From: Synechococcus sp.
GTDB lineage: Bacteria; Cyanobacteriota; Cyanobacteriia; PCC-6307; Cyanobiaceae
Assembly (NCBI GenBank): GCA_047285535.1
Contig: JBJBDC010000001.1
Span: 544,136-608,135, forward strand
DNA: 64,000 nucleotides
Reading direction: 5' to 3'
Part shown: positions 9,459 to 18,773 of the stretch, one piece after another
How the letters are laid out: every line of letters starts with the position of its first letter
Position numbering within the stretch: the stretch's first letter is position 1
Translations under genes and position numbers: made by a program
The notes under the pieces: model-generated
Seen by the model: the letters and a program-made list of their open reading frames with translations, nothing else
The model's database searches: none
What the model was told of the DNA's origin: nothing

Positions 9459-11820
9459 TCATGGATGAGACGTCCATGGATGAATTGTCTTGGTCTTCAT
9501 TAACCACTGTGACCACATCTAGGTCGATCTGATTACGCAGAACATCAACTTTGGTCACGCAGACCTTAACAGGATCTCCCAGTTTGTAAATGCGTCGGTT
9601 GCGTCGGCCCACAAGCCTATTTTGACGAGAACGGTATTCATACCAGTCGTCGTTTAAAGAGCTGACATGCACCAGGCCCTCTACCATTGATGGTGCAATT
9701 TCTACGAAGAACCCATAACTTTGAACTCCGCTGATCACACCTTGTTGCTCGTTATTGAGCATCGGCTGTGCACTTCTTGCTTGTGCCATTGAGATCACAT
9801 CTCTGCGCAGTTCCGCTTGCTGGCGACGACGAGAATTGAGGCGTTGAATATATCGTTTTTGAATAAGATCGTGCAATCTCTGATTTATGGACCCGCTAAA
9901 TAAGGGCCAAGTGATTCGTGATGCGGCACCTTTGCTACCCACACTTACAGTTTGTTTCTGACGCACACTGGGACGATCCTTGCCATCATTTAAAAGTTGA
10001 CATAACACTTGTTGATTCAACAAATCCGCATAATGGAGAGTTGGACAGCACCAAGGAGCTAGTAGTTGTGTCGATCCATCCTTAGCTAGCGGAATTTTCA
10101 GCTCGTGGTCGATGTCTAGATCAATCTCGTTCGTTTCGGTTGCTGAAGAGTCCTCCTCATTCGTGCTTGCCTGGTGGTTCTCCTTAGACTGAATCAGACG
10201 GTACTGAGGGTCTGGAAGAGTTTGTCGAAGCTGTAGATTCAGGACCCTTCTTGATGGGCTTCCGATCAAGGCTTGCGCTAGTTCTGAAGCCGAGGTTGTT
10301 CCCTCATCATCAAGAGGAATAGGTATATCCAAAGCAATCGCTGCTTTAGCGACATCGTTAAGCGCTCCACTTTCAGGATTGTTCGTGTGAATCACGAGAG
10401 CTGGAAGATTTAAATCCAAGCAATGTTGAGTCCATGTTTTGTGTGCTGCTCGCACAAAAACCGACAAAATGGAGAAAGGGTCCTCCTCCTTCAGAGGTTC
10501 GATCCATTGACCATTGCCCCCATCTGGTTCAGTTACGCGTAGATCTCCCAGCGAATCCAAGTCTGGTTCCGGAAGATCCAATTCGATCTTTCCATCTCTC
10601 AGATCAGCTCCGTGAAGAGCTTTGGCACAGAACAACAGTGTTTCTAGTTGTCCGATCTGTGCTTTGATTGGTTTAAGAGCTGCAGGTATGGCTCGAGAGC
10701 GGGGTTTACGACCAGCTAAAGCTGACATGGCCTCAGAACTCACTTCAGCAACTGGCTGAATCTGACTTAGGCAAAATTCCCAATCACGAGCTTCTCCATC
10801 AGCAGAGAAATCGATGCGAAGACTCACAGCAGCTTGTGATTCGTCAATTCTGAATGCTGATGCTTGGGAGAGATTGTCGCTCAGAAGGGGGATCCATTTA
10901 TTACCTAAACAAAGTGCTTCACTTTGTTGATACAGCCATTGGTCGAGACTGTTTCCTGGATTGACACGTTCAGCAATGGCAGGAGCATGAATCCATAACC
11001 GGGTTCCTCCTTCGTAGGGGATGACATGTATTGCTGGGAGGTGAGGAGCACCATCAATCGCCCAGTTGTTAAAAACTAAACAAGGTTGATCCGTAAGGTC
11101 TTTGCGTCTTTTGACCGAGGGAGCTTTAAGTGTGGTTCTTGGTGCACTAGCCCTGTTGTGTAAATGGGCCTTCGTAAGAAGAAGATCTCGATCAGCATCA
11201 ACTCCACCATTCAAAGGCAGCGATCGAACGACGTGACCGCGCGCTGGATGCTGAGCGATCGGGTATCGATCCAGTTCTACTTCCACAACTGATGTAGGAG
11301 CCCCTTCCTGCTGATATTGGCTGTCACTTTCATGTAATTCGATGGAAGCGAGAAGCCGATCATCTAGAGGAACCGCCAGCAATCGTTCATCCTGTTGTTC
11401 CACCTGAGCCAGAAGGCTTGTGGTCGCTCGTTCCAAAATGCATTGCACACCTCCCTCTGGAGAGCGACGGCGTCCAGCATCACGGAGGATTCTTACCAGT
11501 ACGCGGTCACCATTCCAAGCATGATTGAGCTGGTGATCGCGAATGTAAATATCTTCGCCACCATCATCACGAATGGCAAAACAGAATCCCTTGCTGCTGC
11601 AACGTAAACGTGCCTCAATGAATCCGATGTCATTGCTTCGGGTGATGGAACCTTCTTCTCCAAGACTCAGTACGCCAAGACGGTCAAGGCCTTTGAGAGC
11701 AATCTCGAGTGAATGCTTATCAGCTCGATTGCTTAATCGAAGAATTTTTTCAAGTTTGCTGATCTCAAGGGAAACGTCTTGAGGGACCTGGTCGAGAAGG
11801 TCGGCGACCGTGAATTTCAT
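9436..11820 (-). CDS. RNase R/RNB-family protein of Zam type, catalytic motifs degenerate
   Basis: Cold-shock domain (KGFCFAIRDDGGEDIYI), RNB-like core, C-terminal S1 (GVQSYGFFVE...EGLVHVSSL); likely start MKFTVADLL at 11820. Confidence 0.88.
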   Translation of the reverse strand: MKFTVADLLDQVPQDVSLEISKLEKILRLSNRADKHSLEIALKGLDRLGVLSLGEEGSITRSNDIGFIEARLRCSSKGFCFAIRDDGGEDIYIRDHQLNHAWNGDRVLVRILRDAGRRRSPEGGVQCILERATTSLLAQVEQQDERLLAVPLDDRLLASIELHESDSQYQQEGAPTSVVEVELDRYPIAQHPARGHVVRSLPLNGGVDADRDLLLTKAHLHNRASAPRTTLKAPSVKRRKDLTDQPCLVFNNWAIDGAPHLPAIHVIPYEGGTRLWIHAPAIAERVNPGNSLDQWLYQQSEALCLGNKWIPLLSDNLSQASAFRIDESQAAVSLRIDFSADGEARDWEFCLSQIQPVAEVSSEAMSALAGRKPRSRAIPAALKPIKAQIGQLETLLFCAKALHGADLRDGKIELDLPEPDLDSLGDLRVTEPDGGNGQWIEPLKEEDPFSILSVFVRAAHKTWTQHCLDLNLPALVIHTNNPESGALNDVAKAAIALDIPIPLDDEGTTSASELAQALIGSPSRRVLNLQLRQTLPDPQYRLIQSKENHQASTNEEDSSATETNEIDLDIDHELKIPLAKDGSTQLLAPWCCPTLHYADLLNQQVLCQLLNDGKDRPSVRQKQTVSVGSKGAASRITWPLFSGSINQRLHDLIQKRYIQRLNSRRRQQAELRRDVISMAQARSAQPMLNNEQQGVISGVQSYGFFVEIAPSMVEGLVHVSSLNDDWYEYRSRQNRLVGRRNRRIYKLGDPVKVCVTKVDVLRNQIDLDVVTVVNEDQDNSSMDVSSMNVASSED

Positions 11821-11947
11821 CGGAGTGTGAATGAAACCGGCCTTCAGGACCGGGAGTTGAGACAAAAAAGTCGCACTTGAAGAGTTGGTAGTGCAAACAG
11901 TGATTGAAGCACTAACTCTAATGGCCCGACAGGGATCATCATTCGTG

Positions 11948-12253
11948 CTACTCCTCAGTCTGTGTTGATCCTTGTCCGGTTTGCAGCATCGGCATCAAAA
12001 GGCGACCTCCGATGACCAGAAATCCAGTGGAGGCCAAGAGTTGTAACCACTCAGCTGGAATTACTGCAGATAAGGATCCTCCAGCTAAAGCACCAATCAG
12101 GCTGGCCAGTACCAAAGCGGTCGAGGATCCGAGAAACACAGCTAAAGGACGATTGGAGGTGCCGCTGATAGCCACAGTTGCTAACTGGGTTTTATCCCCG
12201 AGCTCAGCCAAAAAAACAGTCGCAAAGGTGGAGAGGAGAAGGGTGAAATCCAT
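11948..12253 (-). CDS. UPF0016/TMEM165-GDT1 family half-transporter
   Basis: Single FLAELGDKTQLAT motif, about 3 TM helices; start MDFTLLL. Confidence 0.88.
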   Translation of the reverse strand: MDFTLLLSTFATVFLAELGDKTQLATVAISGTSNRPLAVFLGSSTALVLASLIGALAGGSLSAVIPAEWLQLLASTGFLVIGGRLLMPMLQTGQGSTQTEE

Positions 12254-12260
12254 GACGTCC

Positions 12261-12590
12261 TCAGAATGACTGCGTCTCAAGAAGTGACTTCAAGGCCTGG
12301 CTACCCAGCCATAGTCCCAAGCCCACCATAAGAACCCCTGCCATTTGTTCCAGCCGTTCAGGAGCGAGGATGGTAGAGAGCCAACGTCCAACCAGCACAC
12401 CAACGAGGCTTGAACAGATCAAGGCCATGGCGGCTCCTATAAAAACCAACCATGGTTCACCTGATTGAGCTGAAAGCAGAAGAGTTGCCAGTTGGGTTTT
12501 GTCTCCCAGTTCGGCAAGGAAAACCGTTGTAAAAGTGCTCAAGAGAACAGCGTTAAATCCAAGTTTGCCTTTGCTTTCTTCTTCAGCCAT
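12261..12590 (-). CDS. UPF0016/TMEM165-GDT1 family half-transporter
   Basis: Single FLAELGDKTQLAT motif, about 3 TM helices. Confidence 0.88.
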   Translation of the reverse strand: MAEEESKGKLGFNAVLLSTFTTVFLAELGDKTQLATLLLSAQSGEPWLVFIGAAMALICSSLVGVLVGRWLSTILAPERLEQMAGVLMVGLGLWLGSQALKSLLETQSF

Positions 12591-12955
12591 CAGGAATCCT
12601 GTGACGAACGAATCAATCGCTCGAACCTACGTAGTTCGAGACTTCTTCCACCATGGACTGATCTGATGTGATCTCGGCAACATCCAATCGCGAATGCATC
12701 AAAATCTTCGCTGTCTACATGAAATAAATCCGGAAGTGCACTAACGCGACAGAAGTCTGGTCGGTGGTCATAAATCCGGCAACGACGCCCTCCACGATCA
12801 AAATGTTGGCACCATCCGTCCTCTCCAACCATCTCCAGGTAGAGGGTTTGTTGATCTGGATTCAGCGCTTCCAGGGCTTCCTGTCGTTCAGCTGGAGCAA
12901 GTCTGCAACAGGCACCACATTGACTCAGGCATGACCAATGAAGTTGACGGCTCAT
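12590..12955 (-). CDS. YkgJ family cysteine-cluster protein
   Basis: CLSQCGACC, GWCQHFD, CRIYDHRPDFCR. Confidence 0.88.
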   Translation of the reverse strand: MSRQLHWSCLSQCGACCRLAPAERQEALEALNPDQQTLYLEMVGEDGWCQHFDRGGRRCRIYDHRPDFCRVSALPDLFHVDSEDFDAFAIGCCRDHIRSVHGGRSLELRRFERLIRSSQDS

Positions 12956-13074
12956 GGGATTAATTCACGATGCGCTGTGACAACGCATCACAGAGATGAC
13001 TGCCGTTGAGGGGAATGAGGTTGAACGTCTCGTAACCTCTTTGAGGCATTATGCTGATCAACTGCTTTCGTTCC

Positions 13075-13182
13075 ATGGGATTTGATATCCACCTGATCGC
13101 CAATTTTGGAGCTCTTGCTCTGATAACGCTTGCTGGCCCTGCAGTGATCTTCATTCTCTTTTATCGACGCGGCGCTCTTTGA
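13075..13182 (+). CDS. psb30: Photosystem II protein Psb30 (Ycf12); below ORF-track cutoff
   Basis: Manual translation [35 protein letters not shown]; AGPxVIxLL...RGxL signature. Confidence 0.9.
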   Translation: MGFDIHLIANFGALALITLAGPAVIFILFYRRGAL

Positions 13183-14525
13183 AGTTTTGCGAGTGCGTGA
13201 TACACCGGCGTTTGGCAGACCAGGCGGCCGGTGTAGGCCGCAATCACAGCAGTGAGACAAGCACCTGCAAATAATTCTTGATCGCCAACAAGGCGCCAAG
13301 AAAAAATAAGTGAAACAAGCGGTAGCTGTGTGGCTCCAGCGAGTCCTGCAGCCAGCCCGAGGCCGATTCCGATTTGAGTGCTGAACCCGATGACGGCACA
13401 GATTGTGTATCCAAGAACGGCCCCAAACGTTAGAGATGGATCGATGAGGCCACCAGGTACTCCAGGAGCAAGGGCGAGCATTGGGCCGATGACACGCACA
13501 ACGGTGATCCAAATGCTCATGAGACCAGAGTTGAGTTCATTGTGTTCAGAACCGAGTTGGGGCAATCCTTGCTCGAGCAGCTGTTTGATCAGTGCTTCTC
13601 CATCTGCAGTACTGGTTCCCCAGCTGAGCAAAGCCAGCAGGCTTAACCCTGCGCCAAGACAGAGGCCTGTGCGCAGAGGTCGTTGGCGAACCATTGGTGC
13701 TAAACGTGATGTGCACCAGACCAATCCACGGTTAAAAAATCCACCCACGAGTCCTGCGGCAATTCCGATCGGGATTGCTAATAGAAGTTGCTCTTTCTCT
13801 GGAGCGAACACATTGATCAGTCCTAATCCGAAGATAGGTTGACCTCCAAGATTTGAGAATCCAGCTGCTGCAACACACACCACTAGAGCTGGCCAGATTG
13901 TCACTATTGAATATTCAGCTGTGAGCTCCTCAATCATGAACACAACCCCAAGAAGAGGTGTGTTAAATCCTCCGGCTAATCCTGCTCCACCGCCGATAGC
14001 GACCATTTGTCGTTCGGTGAGAGATGGCATCCAATTGCCCCATCGCTTTTGAGAAGCCCTTGCCACTGCAGCACCGAATTCAACCACTGGCCCTTCTCGT
14101 CCAAGAGGGAACATTGCAGTTGTTGCGATAGACCAAAGCACTCCACGTTGCACAGTGCTGGTGGCATCCATTGCCTCTGGCATTAACGATGAATCCTCCA
14201 GAGCATTCATCGTTGAGGGGATTCCCGATCCAGATCCTGCACGCCATGGCCCCCTTTGAAGAATCAAAAGGACAGGCATCACCACTAATGGGGAAAGAGC
14301 AATGAGTAGGCCAGTAACGGTCCAACTGGTTTGACCATTCGTTGGTAAAAAGCCAAAAAGCCTCTCTTGAATTCGATCGACGAGATTCAGCGGTAAGCAG
14401 GCCAGGCCAATCAACACACCGACAACAAGTAAGCCAATAAAATGGCGGACCTGTCTTGTCAGCTCGTTGAGCTTGGTTGAGAGATTGAAGTTCTGCAGGA
14501 ATTTGTTTTGGTTATCTAGGGTCAT
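13161..14525 (-). CDS. ClC family chloride channel / H+:Cl- antiporter
   Basis: [28 protein letters not shown] near C-terminus; start uncertain. Confidence 0.9.
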   Translation of the reverse strand: MTLDNQNKFLQNFNLSTKLNELTRQVRHFIGLLVVGVLIGLACLPLNLVDRIQERLFGFLPTNGQTSWTVTGLLIALSPLVVMPVLLILQRGPWRAGSGSGIPSTMNALEDSSLMPEAMDATSTVQRGVLWSIATTAMFPLGREGPVVEFGAAVARASQKRWGNWMPSLTERQMVAIGGGAGLAGGFNTPLLGVVFMIEELTAEYSIVTIWPALVVCVAAAGFSNLGGQPIFGLGLINVFAPEKEQLLLAIPIGIAAGLVGGFFNRGLVWCTSRLAPMVRQRPLRTGLCLGAGLSLLALLSWGTSTADGEALIKQLLEQGLPQLGSEHNELNSGLMSIWITVVRVIGPMLALAPGVPGGLIDPSLTFGAVLGYTICAVIGFSTQIGIGLGLAAGLAGATQLPLVSLIFSWRLVGDQELFAGACLTAVIAAYTGRLVCQTPVYHALAKLQRAPRR

Positions 14526-16417
14526 GGAATGAGACCGAGACCAATGCAAGCGTCGCGAATGAGCTCAGCAACATAAGGGTGCCTTGCCCTGTTGTCTTCA
14601 CTTTGGACGACCCCCTGACGGTTGACACTTCCAGACAGGCTTTCGCCAGATGGGTTAGAGATTTCGACTGCGTTTCCCTCCTGCCGACGACAGCGGTAGA
14701 TCCCTTTGCTGCGGTGAAGATCAAGGGTGGCATGGTGTTCTCGAAGCGCCTGAATCTCGAGTTGCAATGTCTCCTCCCCTTGCCATCGATTGATATTGAT
14801 CCGAAAAGCAACATCCACAATTTGGGGCAAAGGTGTGTTCTGTTGCCATCTCCAAGCGATGGCTTCACGCTCAAAGTTGCCTTGAACAAGGGTGAGTTTC
14901 AGATGCCCGCCACGCAAGAATCGTTTTGATGCCACTTCACAGCCTCTTGACCAAAACAGCGGTGCAGGATGACCGACACCAAATGGCTCTAATGAGAGCA
15001 ATGCAGACCAGAGTTCGTGATCAATTCCTGAAAGAGCCAGAAGTGCTTCAGGTTCAACCCAAATTCCTTCTCCGCGATCTTGGATCCAACTCTGTGCCAT
15101 TGCATTGAGAGCATCATGTAGACGGTGAACTTGGTCTGCCCTCACCGTGAATCCACCCGCTGCGGGATGGCCACCATGTCTCTCGAGCAGGGTTGTGCAA
15201 TGGTCCAGGGCCTTGTCTACAGCAAATCCTTCTGGTGCACGCACTGAAGCACGCATCAGTCCTCCTCCATCAGCGGCCAATAATGCAGTCGGTCTTTGAA
15301 ATTTCTCCATAAGGCGTGCTGCGACGATGCCGATCACACCGTGATGCCAATGTCCTTGTGCAAGCAACAGAAACGGTGGCATGGGTTCATGGTCGGACTC
15401 CAATAAAGCAAGGGCTTCTGCCTCAATGGCATCACACAGTTCTCGGCGTTGTCGGTTGAGACTGTCGCATTTTCGCCCAAGCTCAATAGCGCAGTTTTGA
15501 TCGTCCTCCGTTAACAAATCCACTACCAACTGGGGATCGCCGATCCTGCCAACTGCGTTAAGTCTCGGGGCCAATTGAAAACCGATGTCATCAGACCGAA
15601 GAGGCCGATCACCTAGTCCTGCGAGTTGCTGAAGAGCACGAACTCCCGGGCAGTCGCTTTGATGCAAATGCAGTAGTCCTTCTCTCAAAAGGGTCCTGTT
15701 TGCCCCCGTGAGCGGTGCCATATCTGCGACCGTGCCAATGCAAAACAAATCTCGTGCACTCTTAATGGCCGTTGGTTGGTTCATCAGCACTGCGAGTTCG
15801 CTGGCGAGCACATAGGCCAGTCCAACCCCGGCAAGACTTCGATAGGGAGAGTTCTGCGGTGTTGTGGCTGGATGAATTAAAGCAAGAGCTTTTGGGCGTG
15901 TCTCCGGGAGCGTGTGGTGATCGGTAAGGACTACCTCTATACCCAAAACTTCTGCTCGATTAAGCGCCTCATGCGCTGCCACTCCGTTATCGACGGTCAC
16001 GATGAGGCGGACACCTAAACGATGGAGCTCATTCACCATGGAGCAATTCAATCCATAGCCATCAGCCATACGACTTGGGATTGCTGCCTGTGGTTCCGCT
16101 CCAAGGCTGCGCAAAGTTCTCAGTAACAGCGCAGTGCTGGTCATTCCATCGGCGTCATAGTCGCCGCAGATGGCAAGGTTCTCCCTGCTTAAACAGGCTT
16201 GACTCAATCTTTGAACGGCCTTTTTCAACTCCGGGAAGTGATCCTCTGGCTTAGGGAGCGGCGGATCATGAAGAAGGGCATGGACTTGATCTGGTGTCGT
16301 GAATCCACGACGCAAGAGCAAGGCTCGCAAGGATTCTGGGAGTCGAACCGTATCCAAGGCAGTGGTGTCAACGCCCTTTGGCAGTTGCCATTGCTGAAAG
16401 GGAAAGGCACTCGGCAA
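14522..16417 (-). CDS. recJ: ssDNA exonuclease RecJ
   Basis: GDYDADG, TVDNG, TDHH, GTVAD, GGHPAAGG, LEPFGVGH. Confidence 0.96.
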   Translation of the reverse strand: MPSAFPFQQWQLPKGVDTTALDTVRLPESLRALLLRRGFTTPDQVHALLHDPPLPKPEDHFPELKKAVQRLSQACLSRENLAICGDYDADGMTSTALLLRTLRSLGAEPQAAIPSRMADGYGLNCSMVNELHRLGVRLIVTVDNGVAAHEALNRAEVLGIEVVLTDHHTLPETRPKALALIHPATTPQNSPYRSLAGVGLAYVLASELAVLMNQPTAIKSARDLFCIGTVADMAPLTGANRTLLREGLLHLHQSDCPGVRALQQLAGLGDRPLRSDDIGFQLAPRLNAVGRIGDPQLVVDLLTEDDQNCAIELGRKCDSLNRQRRELCDAIEAEALALLESDHEPMPPFLLLAQGHWHHGVIGIVAARLMEKFQRPTALLAADGGGLMRASVRAPEGFAVDKALDHCTTLLERHGGHPAAGGFTVRADQVHRLHDALNAMAQSWIQDRGEGIWVEPEALLALSGIDHELWSALLSLEPFGVGHPAPLFWSRGCEVASKRFLRGGHLKLTLVQGNFEREAIAWRWQQNTPLPQIVDVAFRININRWQGEETLQLEIQALREHHATLDLHRSKGIYRCRRQEGNAVEISNPSGESLSGSVNRQGVVQSEDNRARHPYVAELIRDACIGLGLIP

Positions 16418-16485
16418 CTGGCATGTGCATGATGACTCTGCATTGTGCTCTGTCCTTCAATCTGTTGCCTGAATTGCAGGAGCTC

Positions 16486-17256
16486 ATGTCTGGCTTGAAG
16501 ACCGTTTTCTGGGATGTGGATGGCACCCTTGCAGACACTGAAATGCAAGGCCATCGACCAGCCTTTAACCGTGCATTTGTTGAGCAGGGCCTGGATTGGA
16601 ACTGGGACAGTGCAACCTACATGCGTTTGCTGAAGATTCCTGGAGGTCTCCTTCGCATGAAAACCTATGCGGAACAGCGTGGTGAATTATTGAGTGATGA
16701 CCAGTTGAAAGTGTTGCGATTATCAAAACAAAATCATTATCTGAAAGAGGTGCGTTCAGGAAATGTGTCTCTGCGGCCCGGTGTCCTACGACTTCTTCGG
16801 GAACTTCAGACGTGCTCCATTTCACAATGGATTGTGACGAGCAGTGGAAGCCCTTCTGTATCTGCTTTGCTGGAAACCATATTTCCAGGAGACGACCATC
16901 CGTTCGATGGTGTCCTTAGTGCTGATGATGTAGATCGGCACAAACCTCACCCTGAGCCTTACTTGCAGGCACTTCAACGCAGCCACACCAATCCGGATGC
17001 TGCGTTGGTATTTGAAGATTCAGCTCCGGGTCTTCAATCAGCAGTGGAAGCAGGTTTGAGATGCATCCTCATGCCTTCCCCATGGGATAAAGACCTTCAG
17101 CGCTATCAACATCACGCCGTGGCGGCCATCGATCATCTTGGAAATGCTCACAATCCCTGCACTGTGATCAGCGGACCCCCTTGTCTGGATGGCTATGTCA
17201 CGTTGGAGTATTTGCAGAAGCTTCTCGTTCTCCCAAAACGATGTCGACACATCTGA
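16486..17256 (+). CDS. HAD-IA phosphatase, CbbY-like
   Basis: FWDVDGTLADTE, GHRPAFNRAF, KPHPEPY, FEDS; start MSGLK at 16486. Confidence 0.85.
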   Translation: MSGLKTVFWDVDGTLADTEMQGHRPAFNRAFVEQGLDWNWDSATYMRLLKIPGGLLRMKTYAEQRGELLSDDQLKVLRLSKQNHYLKEVRSGNVSLRPGVLRLLRELQTCSISQWIVTSSGSPSVSALLETIFPGDDHPFDGVLSADDVDRHKPHPEPYLQALQRSHTNPDAALVFEDSAPGLQSAVEAGLRCILMPSPWDKDLQRYQHHAVAAIDHLGNAHNPCTVISGPPCLDGYVTLEYLQKLLVLPKRCRHI

Positions 17257-17576
17257 CTCGGTATGAACAGGTTCAACGAAAGATTGGTCTTCAGCTCACA
17301 AGAGCATTTATGGGCTCTTGGCGCCGACGCAGCTTGGGAGTTCTTGCCTTATTGCTGGGATTTATTCTCGGCAGCAATTTTACTATGTATTGGTTTCAAA
17401 GAGTTGGACAGCGCCCCGTGGTTGTCCTCTCCATGGTTGCGATTATTGAGTTGCTGGTCAGGGCTAGGTCCTACGTCAAGCGAGAACCTTGGCCGCTAGG
17501 GTGGCTTGCAATTGACAACATTCGCATAGGGGCGGTCTATGCCGTAGTGATTGAGGCTTTCAAGCTTGGCTCCTGA
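17241..17576 (+). CDS. ycf20: Ycf20 / DUF565 membrane protein
   Basis: SWRRRSLGVLALLLGF, ends EAFKLGS. Confidence 0.88.
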   Translation: MSTHLTRYEQVQRKIGLQLTRAFMGSWRRRSLGVLALLLGFILGSNFTMYWFQRVGQRPVVVLSMVAIIELLVRARSYVKREPWPLGWLAIDNIRIGAVYAVVIEAFKLGS

Positions 17577-18507
17577 GATACATCCAAAAAAACTCAAAGG
17601 TTTGTCTTTATTGTTGGACACTTTTGGTTGGTCCGATCCAGATCGCTGGTTCAATCATTGGCAGCAGCGCGGTGGTTTAGAGATTGGTCGATGCCTCTGG
17701 CCCTCAGACATTCGCGATGACTGGCTGTATGGCGTTGCCTTCCCATTGCTCTCACAGGTTGAAACCCTTTTAAAGCAGCATGGACGCCATTTGTTAGGTC
17801 TCAGTGCTCTCCCTGGATGTGGAAAAACGACACTTTGCGATTGGATTGTCTTAGCGAGCAAGACTCTCGGATGGTCGGTCGCGTCCCTTTCCATTGATGA
17901 TTTTTATTGGCCAGGTGAGGAACTAGCTCGACGTATGGCTGGAAACCCATGGGGTGTGCCGAGGGCGCTGCCTGGAAGTCACGATTTGAAGTTGATGGCA
18001 CTTGCGCTCGATCAATGGAGGCAAACAGGAGAACTTATTGCACCCCGATTTGACAAATCCCTTCGTCAAGGTAAAGGCGATCGCAGTGGTTGGGTACGAT
18101 CGACACCTGATTTAGTCATTTTGGAAGGCTGGTTTGTTGGAGCAGTTATCTCCGACGAAGCTCCTTCCCCTCAGCTTCTTGATTTGCATCATCTAACAAG
18201 TGATGAGCTTGCTTTTCGCACAGACTTGATTCAAATATTGCCTACCTATAGTTCGATCTGGAATCGGATCGATAGGCTTTGGCACCTCAGAGCGGAGCGC
18301 AACTCATCAAGCCGACTTTGGAAGCACCAACAGATGGACACTCAGAAGAAGCGAACCGGGGTTCAACTACCAAAATCCGACTTGAAGAATTTCGTCCGGA
18401 TGATCGAAACTGCAATCCCAGCGCCTTGGTTGCAGGATTTGAATCAAGCTGACGTTGTGATTGATCTCACAAAAGAAAGGGTTGTAGGGGAGATTCGTGT
18501 CAAATGA
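17551..18507 (+). CDS. P-loop kinase, plant/yeast-type D-glycerate 3-kinase-like
   Basis: GLSALPGCGKTT, SIDDFY, PGSHD, PRFDKSLRQGKGDR, ILEGWFVG. Confidence 0.7.
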   Translation: MRLSSLAPEIHPKKLKGLSLLLDTFGWSDPDRWFNHWQQRGGLEIGRCLWPSDIRDDWLYGVAFPLLSQVETLLKQHGRHLLGLSALPGCGKTTLCDWIVLASKTLGWSVASLSIDDFYWPGEELARRMAGNPWGVPRALPGSHDLKLMALALDQWRQTGELIAPRFDKSLRQGKGDRSGWVRSTPDLVILEGWFVGAVISDEAPSPQLLDLHHLTSDELAFRTDLIQILPTYSSIWNRIDRLWHLRAERNSSSRLWKHQQMDTQKKRTGVQLPKSDLKNFVRMIETAIPAPWLQDLNQADVVIDLTKERVVGEIRVK

Positions 18508-18509
18508 GC

Positions 18510-18686
18510 TCAGCTCTCGCTGTCATCAGATTCATCAACTGGATAAACGAAGCCTTGAGCCCTTCCACTCAAAACAGACTTTCCAATGGACATGGCCCGT
18601 TGAGCGGCTGAGGCAGCTTTGGCCTTCCAAACAGCGTGACGTTGATTGCGCTTGCTCTTAGAGGTTTTCTTCTTCGGGACAGCCAT
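18510..18686 (-). CDS. rpmF: 50S ribosomal protein L32; absent from ORF track
   Basis: Manual translation [24 protein letters not shown]...[14 protein letters not shown] (58 aa). Confidence 0.96.
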   Translation of the reverse strand: MAVPKKKTSKSKRNQRHAVWKAKAASAAQRAMSIGKSVLSGRAQGFVYPVDESDDSES

Positions 18687-18773
18687 TGCAACCAGTACTC
18701 AACCAAACGCCCATGATCTACTTTTGAGAGTCCGCCCGTCAAATCGCTACTCTTAATACATCGCAGGAACGGT

